DNA of 64,000 nucleotides from Trichlorobacter sp. (GTDB taxonomy: Bacteria > Desulfobacterota > Desulfuromonadia > Geobacterales > Pseudopelobacteraceae). The translations under genes and the position numbers were made by a program. The notes beneath the pieces were generated by a model that saw only the letters and a program-made list of their open reading frames with translations, did no database searches and was not told where the DNA came from. The first letter of the stretch is position 1; the number at the start of each line of letters is the position of its first letter. Location: NCBI GenBank assembly GCA_034007105.1, contig JAVERM010000001.1, positions 8,434 through 72,433 on the forward strand. Direction: 5' to 3'. Below are positions 21,140 to 31,561 of this stretch, piece after piece.

Positions 21140-21298
21140 CGCCTGCCTTGGTATAACCTTTTGCATCCTCTCTTTGGATTAAGGGAGACAGCTAAAACAT
21201 AAAATAAGGCTGCCATCCTGCGCTTTAGTCCCAGGATTTTGCTTTAGATTCAGCAGAAAACAGCGGAATCTGTTTGTACGGGCAAAAACCAGCTAGCA

Positions 21299-21315
21299 AC
21301 GGCATAGAAATTGCA
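21299..21315 (+). promoter_or_regulatory. Sigma54 (-24/-12) promoter for flhA operon
   Basis: ACGGCATAGAAATTGCA with GG-N10-GC spacing (GG 21301-21302, GC 21313-21314), 50 bp before flhA ATG. Confidence 0.72.
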
Positions 21316-21364
21316 TATTTTAAATATAATTTTGCTTAAAGTTTTTCCAGATTAAGGATTTTAA

Positions 21365-23455
21365 ATGGCACAAGCTTCATCAACACAGGCAATTGAAATA
21401 ACTAACTTCAGAAAATATTCTGATATTTACGTGGCAGCGGGAATCATTGGCATTCTGGCTTTAATGATTATTCCGTTGCCTGCTTTTATGCTGGATATTT
21501 TTCTTGCTGCAAACATCACCATTGCCCTGGCAATCTTGCTGGTTTGTCTTTACACCCGCAATATTCTTGAGTTTTCCGTCTTTCCATCGGTATTACTTGT
21601 CACCACACTTTTCCGCCTGGCTCTTAACATTGCCGGTACCCGCCTGATTTTGCTGCACGGAAGAGAAGGAACCGATGCTGCTGGTGCGGTTATCAAGGCG
21701 TTTGGTTCTTTTGTTGTTGGCGGAAACTATGTGGTTGGTGCGGTTATGTTCCTGATTTTGGTGGTCATTAACTTTGTGGTTATCACCAAAGGTGCTGGTC
21801 GTGTTGCCGAAGTTGCTGCCCGTTTTACCCTTGATGCCATGCCTGGCAAGCAGATGGCCATTGATGCTGACCTTTCCGCCGGTTATCTGACTGAAAAAGA
21901 AGCCCGCAAACGCCGTGAAAACATACGCAGGGAAGCTGATTTTTATGGTGCCATGGATGGTGCCAGCAAGTTTGTGAGGGGCGATGCTGTTGCTGGTATT
22001 ATCATTATTTTAATTAACATCTTTGGTGGTTTCATTATCGGCATCTGGCAACAGGGTTTAACCATTGAAGTTGCCCTTACCAACTACACCCTGCTGACCA
22101 TTGGTGAAGGTCTGGTTGCCCAGATTCCGGCACTGATTATTTCCACTGCCGCCGGCGTAATTGTTACCCGCAGTGCTGATGAAAACAACTTTGGACACGA
22201 ACTTACCGGCCAGCTGCTTAACTACCCCAAGGCATTTTACGTTGCCTCTGGCGTAATGTTTCTGTTCGCACTTATTCCAGGGCTGCCTCATTTTGCTTTT
22301 TTTCTGCTTTCTGCTTCGGCATGGATGGTGGGCAAGATGTCCCGTGAAATGGCTCAGGTGGTTGAAGAGGAAACTGCTGCCACCGAAGCTGCGGCAGAAG
22401 AAGAAGCAATGGATCAGACTTCAGCCATCAGACCGCTTGACACCCTGGAGCTTGAGGTTGGCTACGCACTGGTACCGATGGTGGATGCCTCACAAGATGG
22501 TGAGCTGCTGGAACGCATCCGCTCTATCCGTCGCCAATTTGCCCAGAAAATGGGCTTTGTCGTTCCACCCATCCATATCCACGATAACCTGCAACTTAAA
22601 CCTTACGAGTACAATATCCTGATTAGAGGTGCCAGAGTTGGCGGCAGCGAACTTACCGGACAATACCTTGCCATGGATTCCGGTGCCGTAATGGCACAAA
22701 TTGCCGGACCAGCGGTAAAAGAGCCTGTATTTGGACTGCCTGCCGTCTGGATACGGGGTGAAGAGCGGGATCAGGCGCAGGTAAACGGTTATACTGTTGT
22801 GGACAGCACCACAGTTATTGCCACCCATATAAGTGAAACCATCCGCCGTTATGCCCATGAGCTGGTGGGAAGGCAAGAGATGCAGCAACTGCTTGATAAT
22901 GTTGCAGTATCTTCGCCAAAAGTGGTGGATGAGCTTATCCCCGGGCTGCTTAACCTGGGTACGGTATTGCGGGTAATCAAAAACCTGCTGAAAGAAGAAA
23001 TATCCATCAGGGATATGCGTACAATACTTGAAACACTGGCTGACTACGCCGCACTTACCAAAGAGCCGGATGTACTTACCGAGTTTGTGCGGCAATCCCT
23101 TGGTCGCTTTATTGTTGATCAGTTCAAAACAGAAGATGACACCTTGTATCTGGTTACACTGGATCGCGAGATTGAAGACCTGGTGGCAGATGCCATACAA
23201 CCATCTGACCAGGGCAGTTTTCTGGCAATGGAGCCTGTTGTTGCCCAGCATATTATTAACGCTGTCCGTGGTATGGTGGATAAATTTGGTATTTACGGGG
23301 CACAGCCGGTACTTTTGGCATCACCCACCATCCGCAGGCATGTCAAAAAGCTGATCGAACGTTATTTGCCCCATGTAACGGTTTTGTCACACAATGAAAT
23401 ACCGCAAAGTATAAAAATACAGTCTTTAGGGATGGTAAGTATCAATGCTGGTTAA
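21365..23455 (+). CDS. flhA: Flagellar export protein FlhA
   Basis: RVAEVAARFTLDAMPGKQMAIDADL, FYGAMDGASKFVRGDA. Confidence 0.98.
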   Translation: MAQASSTQAIEITNFRKYSDIYVAAGIIGILALMIIPLPAFMLDIFLAANITIALAILLVCLYTRNILEFSVFPSVLLVTTLFRLALNIAGTRLILLHGREGTDAAGAVIKAFGSFVVGGNYVVGAVMFLILVVINFVVITKGAGRVAEVAARFTLDAMPGKQMAIDADLSAGYLTEKEARKRRENIRREADFYGAMDGASKFVRGDAVAGIIIILINIFGGFIIGIWQQGLTIEVALTNYTLLTIGEGLVAQIPALIISTAAGVIVTRSADENNFGHELTGQLLNYPKAFYVASGVMFLFALIPGLPHFAFFLLSASAWMVGKMSREMAQVVEEETAATEAAAEEEAMDQTSAIRPLDTLELEVGYALVPMVDASQDGELLERIRSIRRQFAQKMGFVVPPIHIHDNLQLKPYEYNILIRGARVGGSELTGQYLAMDSGAVMAQIAGPAVKEPVFGLPAVWIRGEERDQAQVNGYTVVDSTTVIATHISETIRRYAHELVGRQEMQQLLDNVAVSSPKVVDELIPGLLNLGTVLRVIKNLLKEEISIRDMRTILETLADYAALTKEPDVLTEFVRQSLGRFIVDQFKTEDDTLYLVTLDREIEDLVADAIQPSDQGSFLAMEPVVAQHIINAVRGMVDKFGIYGAQPVLLASPTIRRHVKKLIERYLPHVTVLSHNEIPQSIKIQSLGMVSINAG

Positions 23456-24773
23456 AACTTTTCAGGCAACAACCATGGCTGAAGCTTTGCGGCAGGTAAA
23501 AGCAGAGCTTGGACCTGATGCCATGATTCTTTCCACCAAAAAAGAACAGGTGGGCGGAATTTTCGGCTTTTTCAGCAAACAGGTAATCAAGGTAACCGCA
23601 GGAGTTGAACCGCACAGACCGGCACCTCCGCCGCCGCCACCTCCACCGCCTCCACTGGTGCGGGAACGGACTGCAAAAGAAGAGTTTGAAAACTCAATGC
23701 TGGCACCATTGGCGCGGGAACTGAAAGAACTTAGGGAAAGGGTAGAGCTTTTAACCCGCAAGGAAGAGACTGCCCAGGCAAAAACTGCCAGCACCAATAG
23801 TAACAATAATGGCAACATTAACGGACAGCGTGGCAGCACAGAATCAACCCTTGATCTGCACAAAATCCCCAAGCAGGATCTGGAGGAAATCAAAAAACTG
23901 TTGCTTAATACCCTGACCAAAACCCAGGAAGGCGGTGTTAAGGCAATACAGTGGCCAGATGCAAAAAATGATGAGCCTGCAACCACTGGCAGCGGAATCC
24001 TGAAAGATATGCAACAGTTACTGGATAATCAGGGGATTTCGGCAGCAAGTATCGACAAGATGCAAAAAGCACTGGAAGCCATACCAGAAGATGAGCTTGA
24101 ACCTGCCGTAAGGGGTCGCCTTGGGCAAGCTTTTGGCAAGCTGATCAAGTTTGCCGGACATCTGCGTTTAAAAAAGAACGCACCCCGCGTAATTGCTCTG
24201 GTTGGTCCAACCGGTGTTGGCAAAACCACCACTACAGCAAAAATGGCAGCCATGTACGCGCTTAATCGTGGCAACAAGGTTGCTCTGATTACCATGGATA
24301 TTTTCAGGGTAGGAGCAGTGGAGCAACTGAAAACCTACAGCCGGATCATGGGGATTCCACTAGAAGTTGCCTCCACTGCCAAAGAGCTTGAAAAAGCATT
24401 GCAACAACAAAGCGATGCAGAACTTATTTTAATTGATACCGCCGGACGCAGCCATAAAGATTCGGAAAAACTGGAAGAGATGAAGACATTTCTGGAGAAA
24501 ACTGCCCAACCGGATATTTTCCTTTGCCTTTCATCCACCACAAAAGACCGCGAACTGGAAGAAATACTTAACCGATTCAGTATTTTACCGATTAGTAAAG
24601 TTGTATTCACAAAAGTTGATGAATCGGAAAGCATTGGTTGCATTATCAATTTGTTGCTGAAAACCGATCTGCAACTTGCCTATCTCACCAATGGGCAGCG
24701 GGTTCCTGAAGATATTGCAGTTGCCACGCCTGACAAACTGGCTGAGTTTATACTGAAGGAGAACTCCAAATGA
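23445..24773 (+). CDS. flhF: Flagellar SRP-like GTPase FlhF
   Basis: N-terminal VKTFQA..VKAELG, GPTGVGKTTT, DTAGR, TKVDE, GQRVPEDI. Confidence 0.95.
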   Translation: MLVKTFQATTMAEALRQVKAELGPDAMILSTKKEQVGGIFGFFSKQVIKVTAGVEPHRPAPPPPPPPPPPLVRERTAKEEFENSMLAPLARELKELRERVELLTRKEETAQAKTASTNSNNNGNINGQRGSTESTLDLHKIPKQDLEEIKKLLLNTLTKTQEGGVKAIQWPDAKNDEPATTGSGILKDMQQLLDNQGISAASIDKMQKALEAIPEDELEPAVRGRLGQAFGKLIKFAGHLRLKKNAPRVIALVGPTGVGKTTTTAKMAAMYALNRGNKVALITMDIFRVGAVEQLKTYSRIMGIPLEVASTAKELEKALQQQSDAELILIDTAGRSHKDSEKLEEMKTFLEKTAQPDIFLCLSSTTKDRELEEILNRFSILPISKVVFTKVDESESIGCIINLLLKTDLQLAYLTNGQRVPEDIAVATPDKLAEFILKENSK

Positions 24774-25693
24774 GCACGGCAAGAACCGTTGATCAGGCGG
24801 ATACCCTCCGCCGTATGGCCAGCACAGCAAAAAAGACTGCCAAAACCACAACAGACAGCAATGATACCGCAAGTAATCAAGGGTTGCGGGTAATTGCAGT
24901 TACCAGCGGCAAAGGCGGGGTAGGTAAAAGCAATGTGGTTGCCAACCTTGCCGTGGCACTGGCACAAAAAGGTAAAAGAGTTTTAATCATTGATGCTGAC
25001 CTTGGTGTTGGCAATATGGATATCCTGCTGGGGCTTTCTCCCAAGTTTAACCTGAACCATGTCCTTGCAGGTGAAAAAACGCTCTCTGAAATTATTGTTG
25101 ATGTGGCACCCAATATCAAGCTTATCCCTGCCGGTTCTGGCGTACAGGAATACACCAGCCTGGGTCAGCATGAAAAAATGAAACTGCTTGATGAACTGGA
25201 TATGCTGGATGAAGATTTTGACTTTATGTTTGTGGATACAGAGGCAGGTATTTCGGAAAACGTCACCTACTTTACGGTGGCAGCACAGGAAAGCCTGCTG
25301 GTGGTTACACCAGAGCCAGCCTCCATCACCGATGCCTATGCACTAATCAAACTGCTGGCAACCCGTTATGCCGAGCATCATTTTAAAGTGCTGGTTAACA
25401 TGGCGCGGGATAGTGAAGATGCACTGGAGGTTTTCCGAAAACTTGCCAATGTTGCCGGACGCTTTCTGGATATTTCACTTGATTACCTGGGCAGCGTAAC
25501 TCGCGATAGCCGCTTACTTGATGCTGTCAAAAAACAGAAAACAGTACTTGAACTGCATCCGGACGCAATCTCTTCCAAATGCTTTGTTACGCTGGCAGAC
25601 AGAATTTCAGAAAGCCACCGACCGACAAGATTAAAGGGCAATATCCAGTTCTTTTTCCGCAGGTTTTTTGAAGGTCCTGGCACAGGTAAATAA
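24770..25693 (+). CDS. flhG: MinD-like flagellar number regulator FlhG/FleN
   Basis: DQADTLR N-terminus, SGKGGVGKS, TPEPASITDAYALIK. Confidence 0.93.
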   Translation: MSTARTVDQADTLRRMASTAKKTAKTTTDSNDTASNQGLRVIAVTSGKGGVGKSNVVANLAVALAQKGKRVLIIDADLGVGNMDILLGLSPKFNLNHVLAGEKTLSEIIVDVAPNIKLIPAGSGVQEYTSLGQHEKMKLLDELDMLDEDFDFMFVDTEAGISENVTYFTVAAQESLLVVTPEPASITDAYALIKLLATRYAEHHFKVLVNMARDSEDALEVFRKLANVAGRFLDISLDYLGSVTRDSRLLDAVKKQKTVLELHPDAISSKCFVTLADRISESHRPTRLKGNIQFFFRRFFEGPGTGK

Positions 25694-26445
25694 TGAGCAG
25701 ACTTAAAGCCTACGAAGAACAGGCAGGTGAAAGGAATCTGCTGCAACGGGAAGCGTTAATCACCCAACACCTGCCGCTTGTCAAATATCTGGTAAACCGT
25801 ATGGCTGCACAGCTTCCAGCCCATATTGATGTTGAAGAGCTGACAAGTGTGGCAACCATCGGCCTGGTGGATGCCGCTGATCGCTTTGATGGCAGCAGGG
25901 GTATTATGTTTAAAACCTTTGCTGAGCAGCGTATCCGTGGTGCAATGCTTGATGAACTGCGTGCCAACGACAATTTAAGCCGCACCATGCGCGATAAATA
26001 CAAGGTTGTGGCAAAAGAGATGCGCAGCCTTGAAATACAGCTGGGTCGCCCGCCCAGCAGCACAGAGCTGGCAAAAGGTCTGCAACTGGAAATGGATGAT
26101 TATTACCGGCTGATGGATGACATCCGCGAACACAGCTTTATCAGCCTTGATGACAGCTGGAGCGATGATAACGGGCAGTCTGTAAACATTGGCGACATAC
26201 TGCATGATGATACTGAAAAAAATCCACAGCAACAGACAATGCACAAACAGCTGGTTGAAACACTGGGGCAAGCCATAGAAGCTTTACCGGAAAGAGAACG
26301 TCTTGTGGTAACGCTTTATTATTATGAAGAGATGAACCTGAAAGAGATCGGCGCGGTATTAAAACTGACTGAATCCAGAATTAGCCAGATTTTAAGCCAG
26401 TCCATGGTACGTTTACGCAGCAAAATGAAATTATTCAGGCTATAA
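25693..26445 (+). CDS. fliA: RNA polymerase sigma-28 factor
   Basis: FKTFAEQRIRGAMLDELR, LYYYEEMNLKEIGAVLKLTESRISQI. Confidence 0.96.
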   Translation: MSRLKAYEEQAGERNLLQREALITQHLPLVKYLVNRMAAQLPAHIDVEELTSVATIGLVDAADRFDGSRGIMFKTFAEQRIRGAMLDELRANDNLSRTMRDKYKVVAKEMRSLEIQLGRPPSSTELAKGLQLEMDDYYRLMDDIREHSFISLDDSWSDDNGQSVNIGDILHDDTEKNPQQQTMHKQLVETLGQAIEALPERERLVVTLYYYEEMNLKEIGAVLKLTESRISQILSQSMVRLRSKMKLFRL

Positions 26446-26474
26446 GCTAGCAGCTTTACAAAAAGGAGCTTTAA

Positions 26475-27236
26475 ATGAACAGCGGCATGTATTCTGCTCT
26501 GTCCGGCAACCTGGCAGCAATGAGACGACTGGATGTTATCACCAACAACCTTGCCAATGCAGGTACCAGTGGCTTTAAACAGGACAGGATTGTTTTTGAC
26601 AGCCTGCTGGCAGGCAAAAAAAATCCACCCAGAGTTCCTGAAGCAAGCACTGCCGATCCGGTACTGCTTGGAGATCGCCTGCTGACTGACTTCAGTCAAG
26701 GGGCTGTCAGAAGTACTGATAACGTACTTGATCTTGCCATTTCCGGAGATGGTTTTTTTGCAGTAAGCACACCTGATGGCACTGCCTACACCCGTCAGGG
26801 TAACTTCAAGCTGACAAATGACGGCACACTGGTTACCGCAGCCGGACTGCCGGTACAGTCCAGTGGTGGACAACCTATTATCATCAACACCCTTAATGCC
26901 GAAGAAAACGCCAAAGTGGTGGTGGACAGCCAGGGTAATATCACCATTAACGGTGAAGCTATCGCCACTTTGGGACTATATGATTTCCCCAAGCCGTATC
27001 AACTGACCAAGCTGGCTGGTGCCATGTTTGTACCGGCAGACGAAAACAGCACACCGCAACCGGTCAGCCCTATTACCACAGTGGCACAGGGCGCACTTGA
27101 AGAATCCAACGTGGATGCGGTGTCATCAATGGTACAGATGATTGAAGCCAGCAGATATTTTGAAAGCTGCCAAAAGGTTATCCTCAGCTATAACGAAATG
27201 GCAGCAAAAGCAGTTAACGAACTTGCCAGAGTTTAA
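26475..27236 (+). CDS. flgF: Flagellar basal-body rod protein FlgF
   Basis: NNLANAGTSGFK, YTRQGNF, GALEESNVD; precedes flgG. Confidence 0.88.
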   Translation: MNSGMYSALSGNLAAMRRLDVITNNLANAGTSGFKQDRIVFDSLLAGKKNPPRVPEASTADPVLLGDRLLTDFSQGAVRSTDNVLDLAISGDGFFAVSTPDGTAYTRQGNFKLTNDGTLVTAAGLPVQSSGGQPIIINTLNAEENAKVVVDSQGNITINGEAIATLGLYDFPKPYQLTKLAGAMFVPADENSTPQPVSPITTVAQGALEESNVDAVSSMVQMIEASRYFESCQKVILSYNEMAAKAVNELARV

Positions 27237-27255
27237 ATAAAAGGAGAAATGCACC

Positions 27256-28044
27256 ATGATGAGATCACTTTGGACCGCAGCGTCCGGCATGAATACACAA
27301 TCACAAAACATAAACGTTATTGCCAACAACCTGGCTAACGTCAACACCACCGGCTTTAAAAAAAGCAGACCGGATTTCCAAGACCTGATGTACCAGACTG
27401 TACAAAACCCTGGTTCACCGGCAACCAACGCCAACCAGATTCCCACTGGCATCCAGTTTGGTATGGGTGCAAGACTGGCAGCTGTTTCCAAACAGTTCAG
27501 CCCCGGCGACTTTCAGCATACCGATGGCCCCCTTGACCTTGCCATTGAAGGTGACGGTTTTTTCCAGATTCAGCTTCCAGATGGTAACACCGCCTACACA
27601 AGAGCCGGAGCTTTTAAAATGGATAGCAACGGCAGGATAGTGACACCTGAAGGTTATCCAATGCTGCCTGAAATAACCATTCCCAGCGAATCAACCAAAA
27701 TAACCGTTGGCACCGATGGCACAATTTCTGTTGTGCAGGCAGGGCAAAACGCCCCTTCAACCATCGGCAACATTGAGCTTGCCAACTTCAACAACCCTGC
27801 CGGACTTTCAGCCATGGGTAAAAACTTTTTCAGGGAAACAGATGCCTCGGGCAACCCGCTCACCGGTACACCTGGCGAAAACTCTCTGGGCACCATTGGG
27901 CAGGGTTTTCTGGAGATGAGCAACGTAAGCGTTGCCGAAGAAATGGTTAACATGATTGTGGGACAACGTGCCTATGAAGCCAATGCCAAGGCGATTACCA
28001 CCTCTGATGAAATGCTGCAACTGGCCAACAACCTCAAACGCTGA
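27256..28044 (+). CDS. flgG: Flagellar distal rod protein FlgG
   Basis: [53 protein letters not shown]. Confidence 0.97.
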   Translation: MMRSLWTAASGMNTQSQNINVIANNLANVNTTGFKKSRPDFQDLMYQTVQNPGSPATNANQIPTGIQFGMGARLAAVSKQFSPGDFQHTDGPLDLAIEGDGFFQIQLPDGNTAYTRAGAFKMDSNGRIVTPEGYPMLPEITIPSESTKITVGTDGTISVVQAGQNAPSTIGNIELANFNNPAGLSAMGKNFFRETDASGNPLTGTPGENSLGTIGQGFLEMSNVSVAEEMVNMIVGQRAYEANAKAITTSDEMLQLANNLKR

Positions 28045-28763
28045 TGACTGGTTTAAGCCGTTTACTGTTTAGCCTGTTACTGATTTTTTGTCTGCTTGTA
28101 CCAGCTATGGCCAACGCGACACAGGTGCCTTTACCGGAAAATGAAATCAGGGCAGCGGTCAGTAACTTTCTGGACAACAAACTTGCCGGTAGCGGCTGGA
28201 AAACCAGAATCAACCAGTTAATTACACCCCAGGGGCATACTGTATCAAAAGGCAAGCGGGAGTATGAAGTTATTGCTCCGGCAAACTGGCCTGGCTTTGG
28301 TGCTGTCAGCATTGCCCTGGTTGTGCGGGTTAATGGCGTAGTTGAAAAAAACCTGCCCCTGCGGCTGGCAGTGGATGCAGAAACAGAGATGGTGGTGGCA
28401 AAAAGGCAGCTGCTAAACGGTACTTTGCTTACTGCCGATGTTCTGGAAACAAAAATGCAAAACCTGGCTCTTGCCGGCGGACAGCATATCAAAAGCATTG
28501 ATGATGCTGTGGGTAAAAAAACCAGAATCACGGTACGCCCGGGCTATCCGATACGCAGTGACCAACTGGTGGCTGTGCCTGTTGTGGTCAGCGGACAGCT
28601 GGTAACCATTGTGCTGGAGCGACCTGGCATGAAAATTACAGTTTCCGGAAGAGCCAAAAGTTCGGGTGGCATTGGCGATCTGATCAGGGTTGAAAACCTG
28701 AGCTCCCGCAGGGAAATTCCGGCAAAGGTGGTGGACAGCTCAACTGTGGAGGTGGGCTTCTGA
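28044..28763 (+). CDS. flgA: P-ring chaperone FlgA
   Basis: Signal peptide, SAF-like domain, GGIGDLIRVENLSSRREI. Confidence 0.9.
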   Translation: MTGLSRLLFSLLLIFCLLVPAMANATQVPLPENEIRAAVSNFLDNKLAGSGWKTRINQLITPQGHTVSKGKREYEVIAPANWPGFGAVSIALVVRVNGVVEKNLPLRLAVDAETEMVVAKRQLLNGTLLTADVLETKMQNLALAGGQHIKSIDDAVGKKTRITVRPGYPIRSDQLVAVPVVVSGQLVTIVLERPGMKITVSGRAKSSGGIGDLIRVENLSSRREIPAKVVDSSTVEVGF

Positions 28764-28817
28764 TTCTGATTCTATTTCAGCCAGAATGCGAACAACTCAT
28801 CCGGAGTAAACATAAAG

Positions 28818-29504
28818 ATGAAACATAAATTCAACATACTTTTGTCGTTATTTGTCTTGATGCTGCTGTCAGGTTGCGCAGTGCAGCGTACAGAGGTAAT
28901 CACTCCTGATTTTGACCAGCAGCTGACCCCGCCGGTTATCAGCTATCATAACGGCTCCATCTGGCAAAGTGCCAGCATGGCACTTACCGATGACGGCAAG
29001 GCGCGCAGAATAGGTGATATTGTAACCATTGTGATTGTGGAAACTGCCAGTGCCAGCAAGCAGGCATCAACAGCCACTGGTCGCTCTTCAGAACTTAACG
29101 CCGGTATTCCCAACTTTTTGGGACTTGAAACCTCAAAAATCCTCACCAGCAATTTCTCGGATTTAAGTAACCTGCTTAATGCCAGTGCAGGTTCAAGCTA
29201 TAGCGGCAGTGGCTCCACAAGCCGCAAGGAAACCCTTAATGCCACCATCACTGCCAAGGTTATTGATGAACTGCCAAACGGCAACCTGAAAATAGAAGGC
29301 AGGCGCAACGTGCGGGTAAATAACGAAGACCAGATTGTTACTGTGCGGGGAACCATCCGCCCCCGCGACATTACGCCGGATAACACCATTAACTCGGTTT
29401 ACGTTGCCGATGCCCAGATCAGCTACTCAGGTGAAGGGATTATTTCCAGCCGTCAAAAACCTGGCTGGCTGATGAACTTTATCGACTACATCTGGCCGTT
29501 CTGA
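28818..29504 (+). CDS. flgH: L-ring protein FlgH
   Basis: Lipobox LSGC, ARRIGDIVTI, LPNGNLKIEG, GTIRPRDI. Confidence 0.96.
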   Translation: MKHKFNILLSLFVLMLLSGCAVQRTEVITPDFDQQLTPPVISYHNGSIWQSASMALTDDGKARRIGDIVTIVIVETASASKQASTATGRSSELNAGIPNFLGLETSKILTSNFSDLSNLLNASAGSSYSGSGSTSRKETLNATITAKVIDELPNGNLKIEGRRNVRVNNEDQIVTVRGTIRPRDITPDNTINSVYVADAQISYSGEGIISSRQKPGWLMNFIDYIWPF

Positions 29505-29536
29505 TTTTTTTGACTTTTTAAAACTGGTGAACAACT

Positions 29537-30637
29537 ATGAAAACTATCGTAAACATATTGTTTGTACTGCTTATATCAGCCATTGCCCTGCCTGCATCTG
29601 CTGCAACCCGCATCAAAGATATAGCGTCTTTTGACGGTGTAAGGGACAACCAGTTGGTTGGCTATGGGCTGATTGTGGGATTAAACGGCTCTGGCGACAG
29701 TGATCAGACCAAGTTTCCGATTCAGTCTTTGGTAAATATGCTGGAAAGAATGGGAGTAACTGTAAACCGTGGCGACATAAAAATTAAAAACGTAGCAGCA
29801 GTTATGGTTACTGCCACCCTGCCACCCTTTGCCAAACAGGGGACAAAGCTTGATGTTACTGTATCTTCCCTGGGTGATGCCAAAACCATTGCAGGTGGCA
29901 CACTGATAATGACACCGCTTAAAGGTGCCGATAACCAGGTTTATGCAGTGGCTCAGGGTTCTGTACTTACCAACTCCTTTGCCTTTGGCGGACAAGGTGC
30001 CACCATCAGCAAAAACCATCCCACTGCCGGACGTATTGCTGATGGTGCTTTGGTGGAACGTGAACTGCCCAATGTACTGACCGGTAAATCCAGTGTACGC
30101 TTAAACCTTGCCCAGGCAGATTTCACCACTGCTGCCCGCATGGCAGCAGCCATCAACCAGCAGTTTCCCAGCATGGCAAGTAGTCCTGACGGCGGTTCGG
30201 TAATGGTGCAGATACCTGATTTCTACGCCCATAGCCCCATTGAGTTTATTGCCCAGGTGGAAAACATAGAGGTTGTGCAGGATGTACCAGCCAGGGTGGT
30301 GGTTAATGAAAGAACCGGCACCATTGTAATGGGCGATAAGGTAAAGATTTCCGGAGTGGCCATCTCACACGGCAATCTGGGTTTAACAATCAAGGAAGCA
30401 CCACAGGTTTCGCAACCTGCCCCGTTTTCAAGAACAGGTGATACTGTTGTTGTACCTGACACTGCCATGCAGGTGGAAGAAGAGATAAGCCGACTTTCTG
30501 TCCTGCCCGATGCCAACACAATCGGGGATGTTGTCCGCGGCCTTAATCTGCTGGGAGTAACACCCCGCGATCTTATTTCCATTTTGCAGGCCATTAAGGC
30601 TGCCGGAGCATTGCAGGCAGAGCTGGTTATAATTTAA
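29537..30637 (+). CDS. flgI: P-ring protein FlgI
   Basis: RIKDIA, NQLVGYGLIVGLNGSGD, ILQAIKAAGALQAEL. Confidence 0.97.
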   Translation: MKTIVNILFVLLISAIALPASAATRIKDIASFDGVRDNQLVGYGLIVGLNGSGDSDQTKFPIQSLVNMLERMGVTVNRGDIKIKNVAAVMVTATLPPFAKQGTKLDVTVSSLGDAKTIAGGTLIMTPLKGADNQVYAVAQGSVLTNSFAFGGQGATISKNHPTAGRIADGALVERELPNVLTGKSSVRLNLAQADFTTAARMAAAINQQFPSMASSPDGGSVMVQIPDFYAHSPIEFIAQVENIEVVQDVPARVVVNERTGTIVMGDKVKISGVAISHGNLGLTIKEAPQVSQPAPFSRTGDTVVVPDTAMQVEEEISRLSVLPDANTIGDVVRGLNLLGVTPRDLISILQAIKAAGALQAELVII

Positions 30638-30679
30638 CCGCTTTCCTTTTGGGCAAAACTGCCGATAGGTAAATATATT

Positions 30680-31066
30680 ATGGAGACCAAACTGACCGTT
30701 GCACCAGAACTGATGATTCAGGAACAGCAAACAGACCAGCTTGCCAGACGGACAAAGGCAGGTGATACACTGACCGCTGCCAAACGTCAGGAGCTTAAAA
30801 AAATCTCCCGCGATTTTGAAGCCATGTTCACCAGCATGATGCTGAAAGCAATGCGCTCCACAGTGCCGGAAGACAAGCTTACCGGCGGCGGCAATGCAGA
30901 AGAAACCTACCGTTATCTGCTGGATCAGGAGTACGCAAACATTGCAGCCCATCGTGGTGGCAGCGGTTCTATTGCAGCAATGGTTGAAAAAGAACTGTTA
31001 AAACGTTATGAACCACCGGTGATTTTATCCGGAAAACCAAATAACGATGACGGGGACAAACAGTGA
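30680..31066 (+). CDS. flgJ: Rod-binding protein FlgJ (N-terminal domain only, no muramidase)
   Basis: DFEAMFTSMMLKAMRSTV and LLDQEYA; 128 aa. Confidence 0.88.
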   Translation: METKLTVAPELMIQEQQTDQLARRTKAGDTLTAAKRQELKKISRDFEAMFTSMMLKAMRSTVPEDKLTGGGNAEETYRYLLDQEYANIAAHRGGSGSIAAMVEKELLKRYEPPVILSGKPNNDDGDKQ

Positions 31067-31560
31067 ATGACATCTGGCAGGAACTGAAAACAAAACTGGA
31101 AGCCCAACTGGTTGTTTACAAAAGCCTTCAGCAGCTTTTACTGGATGAACAGGAAGCCATCGGCAATCTGGATACAACCAGGATGGATCAACTGAACAAA
31201 GGTAAGGAAGATCTGGTGGTGCAGCAAAGGCAATCAACCGAAATATTGCGCAGCCTGCTGGCAAAGCTTACAAAGCAACTTGCACTTCCTGCCGGTAGCA
31301 ACCTGGGAGCAATTGTAACATCAGCACCAAAAGAGGCACAGCCGGCGTTGCAATATCTTAAAACAGAAATAAGCAGAATAAGTACCGAGCTGAAAAACCT
31401 GGCTGACCAGAACAGAGCCGTACTGGAACGTTTCCTTGGCACTGTTAATGAATCACTGGGTTTTCTTACCCGCACCCTGAACAGCTCGAACATGTACGGC
31501 TCAAGCGGCACCTACCGCACCGAACGCACAGGTGCCATGATTGTGAACCGGGAGGCATAA
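31063..31560 (+). CDS. flgN: Flagellar export chaperone FlgN
   Basis: All-helical, LLLDEQEAI, C-terminal YGSSG; immediately before flgK. Confidence 0.82.
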   Translation: MNDIWQELKTKLEAQLVVYKSLQQLLLDEQEAIGNLDTTRMDQLNKGKEDLVVQQRQSTEILRSLLAKLTKQLALPAGSNLGAIVTSAPKEAQPALQYLKTEISRISTELKNLADQNRAVLERFLGTVNESLGFLTRTLNSSNMYGSSGTYRTERTGAMIVNREA

Positions 31561-31561
31561 A

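Noticed and set aside
21149-21165. Second sigma54-like element TGGTATAACCTTTTGCA
   Set aside because: GG-to-GC spacing is 11 nt, not 10.
22490-23251. 253-aa antisense ORF and similar long overlapping ORFs elsewhere
   Set aside because: Lies opposite flhA with no recognisable motifs; typical shadow ORF.
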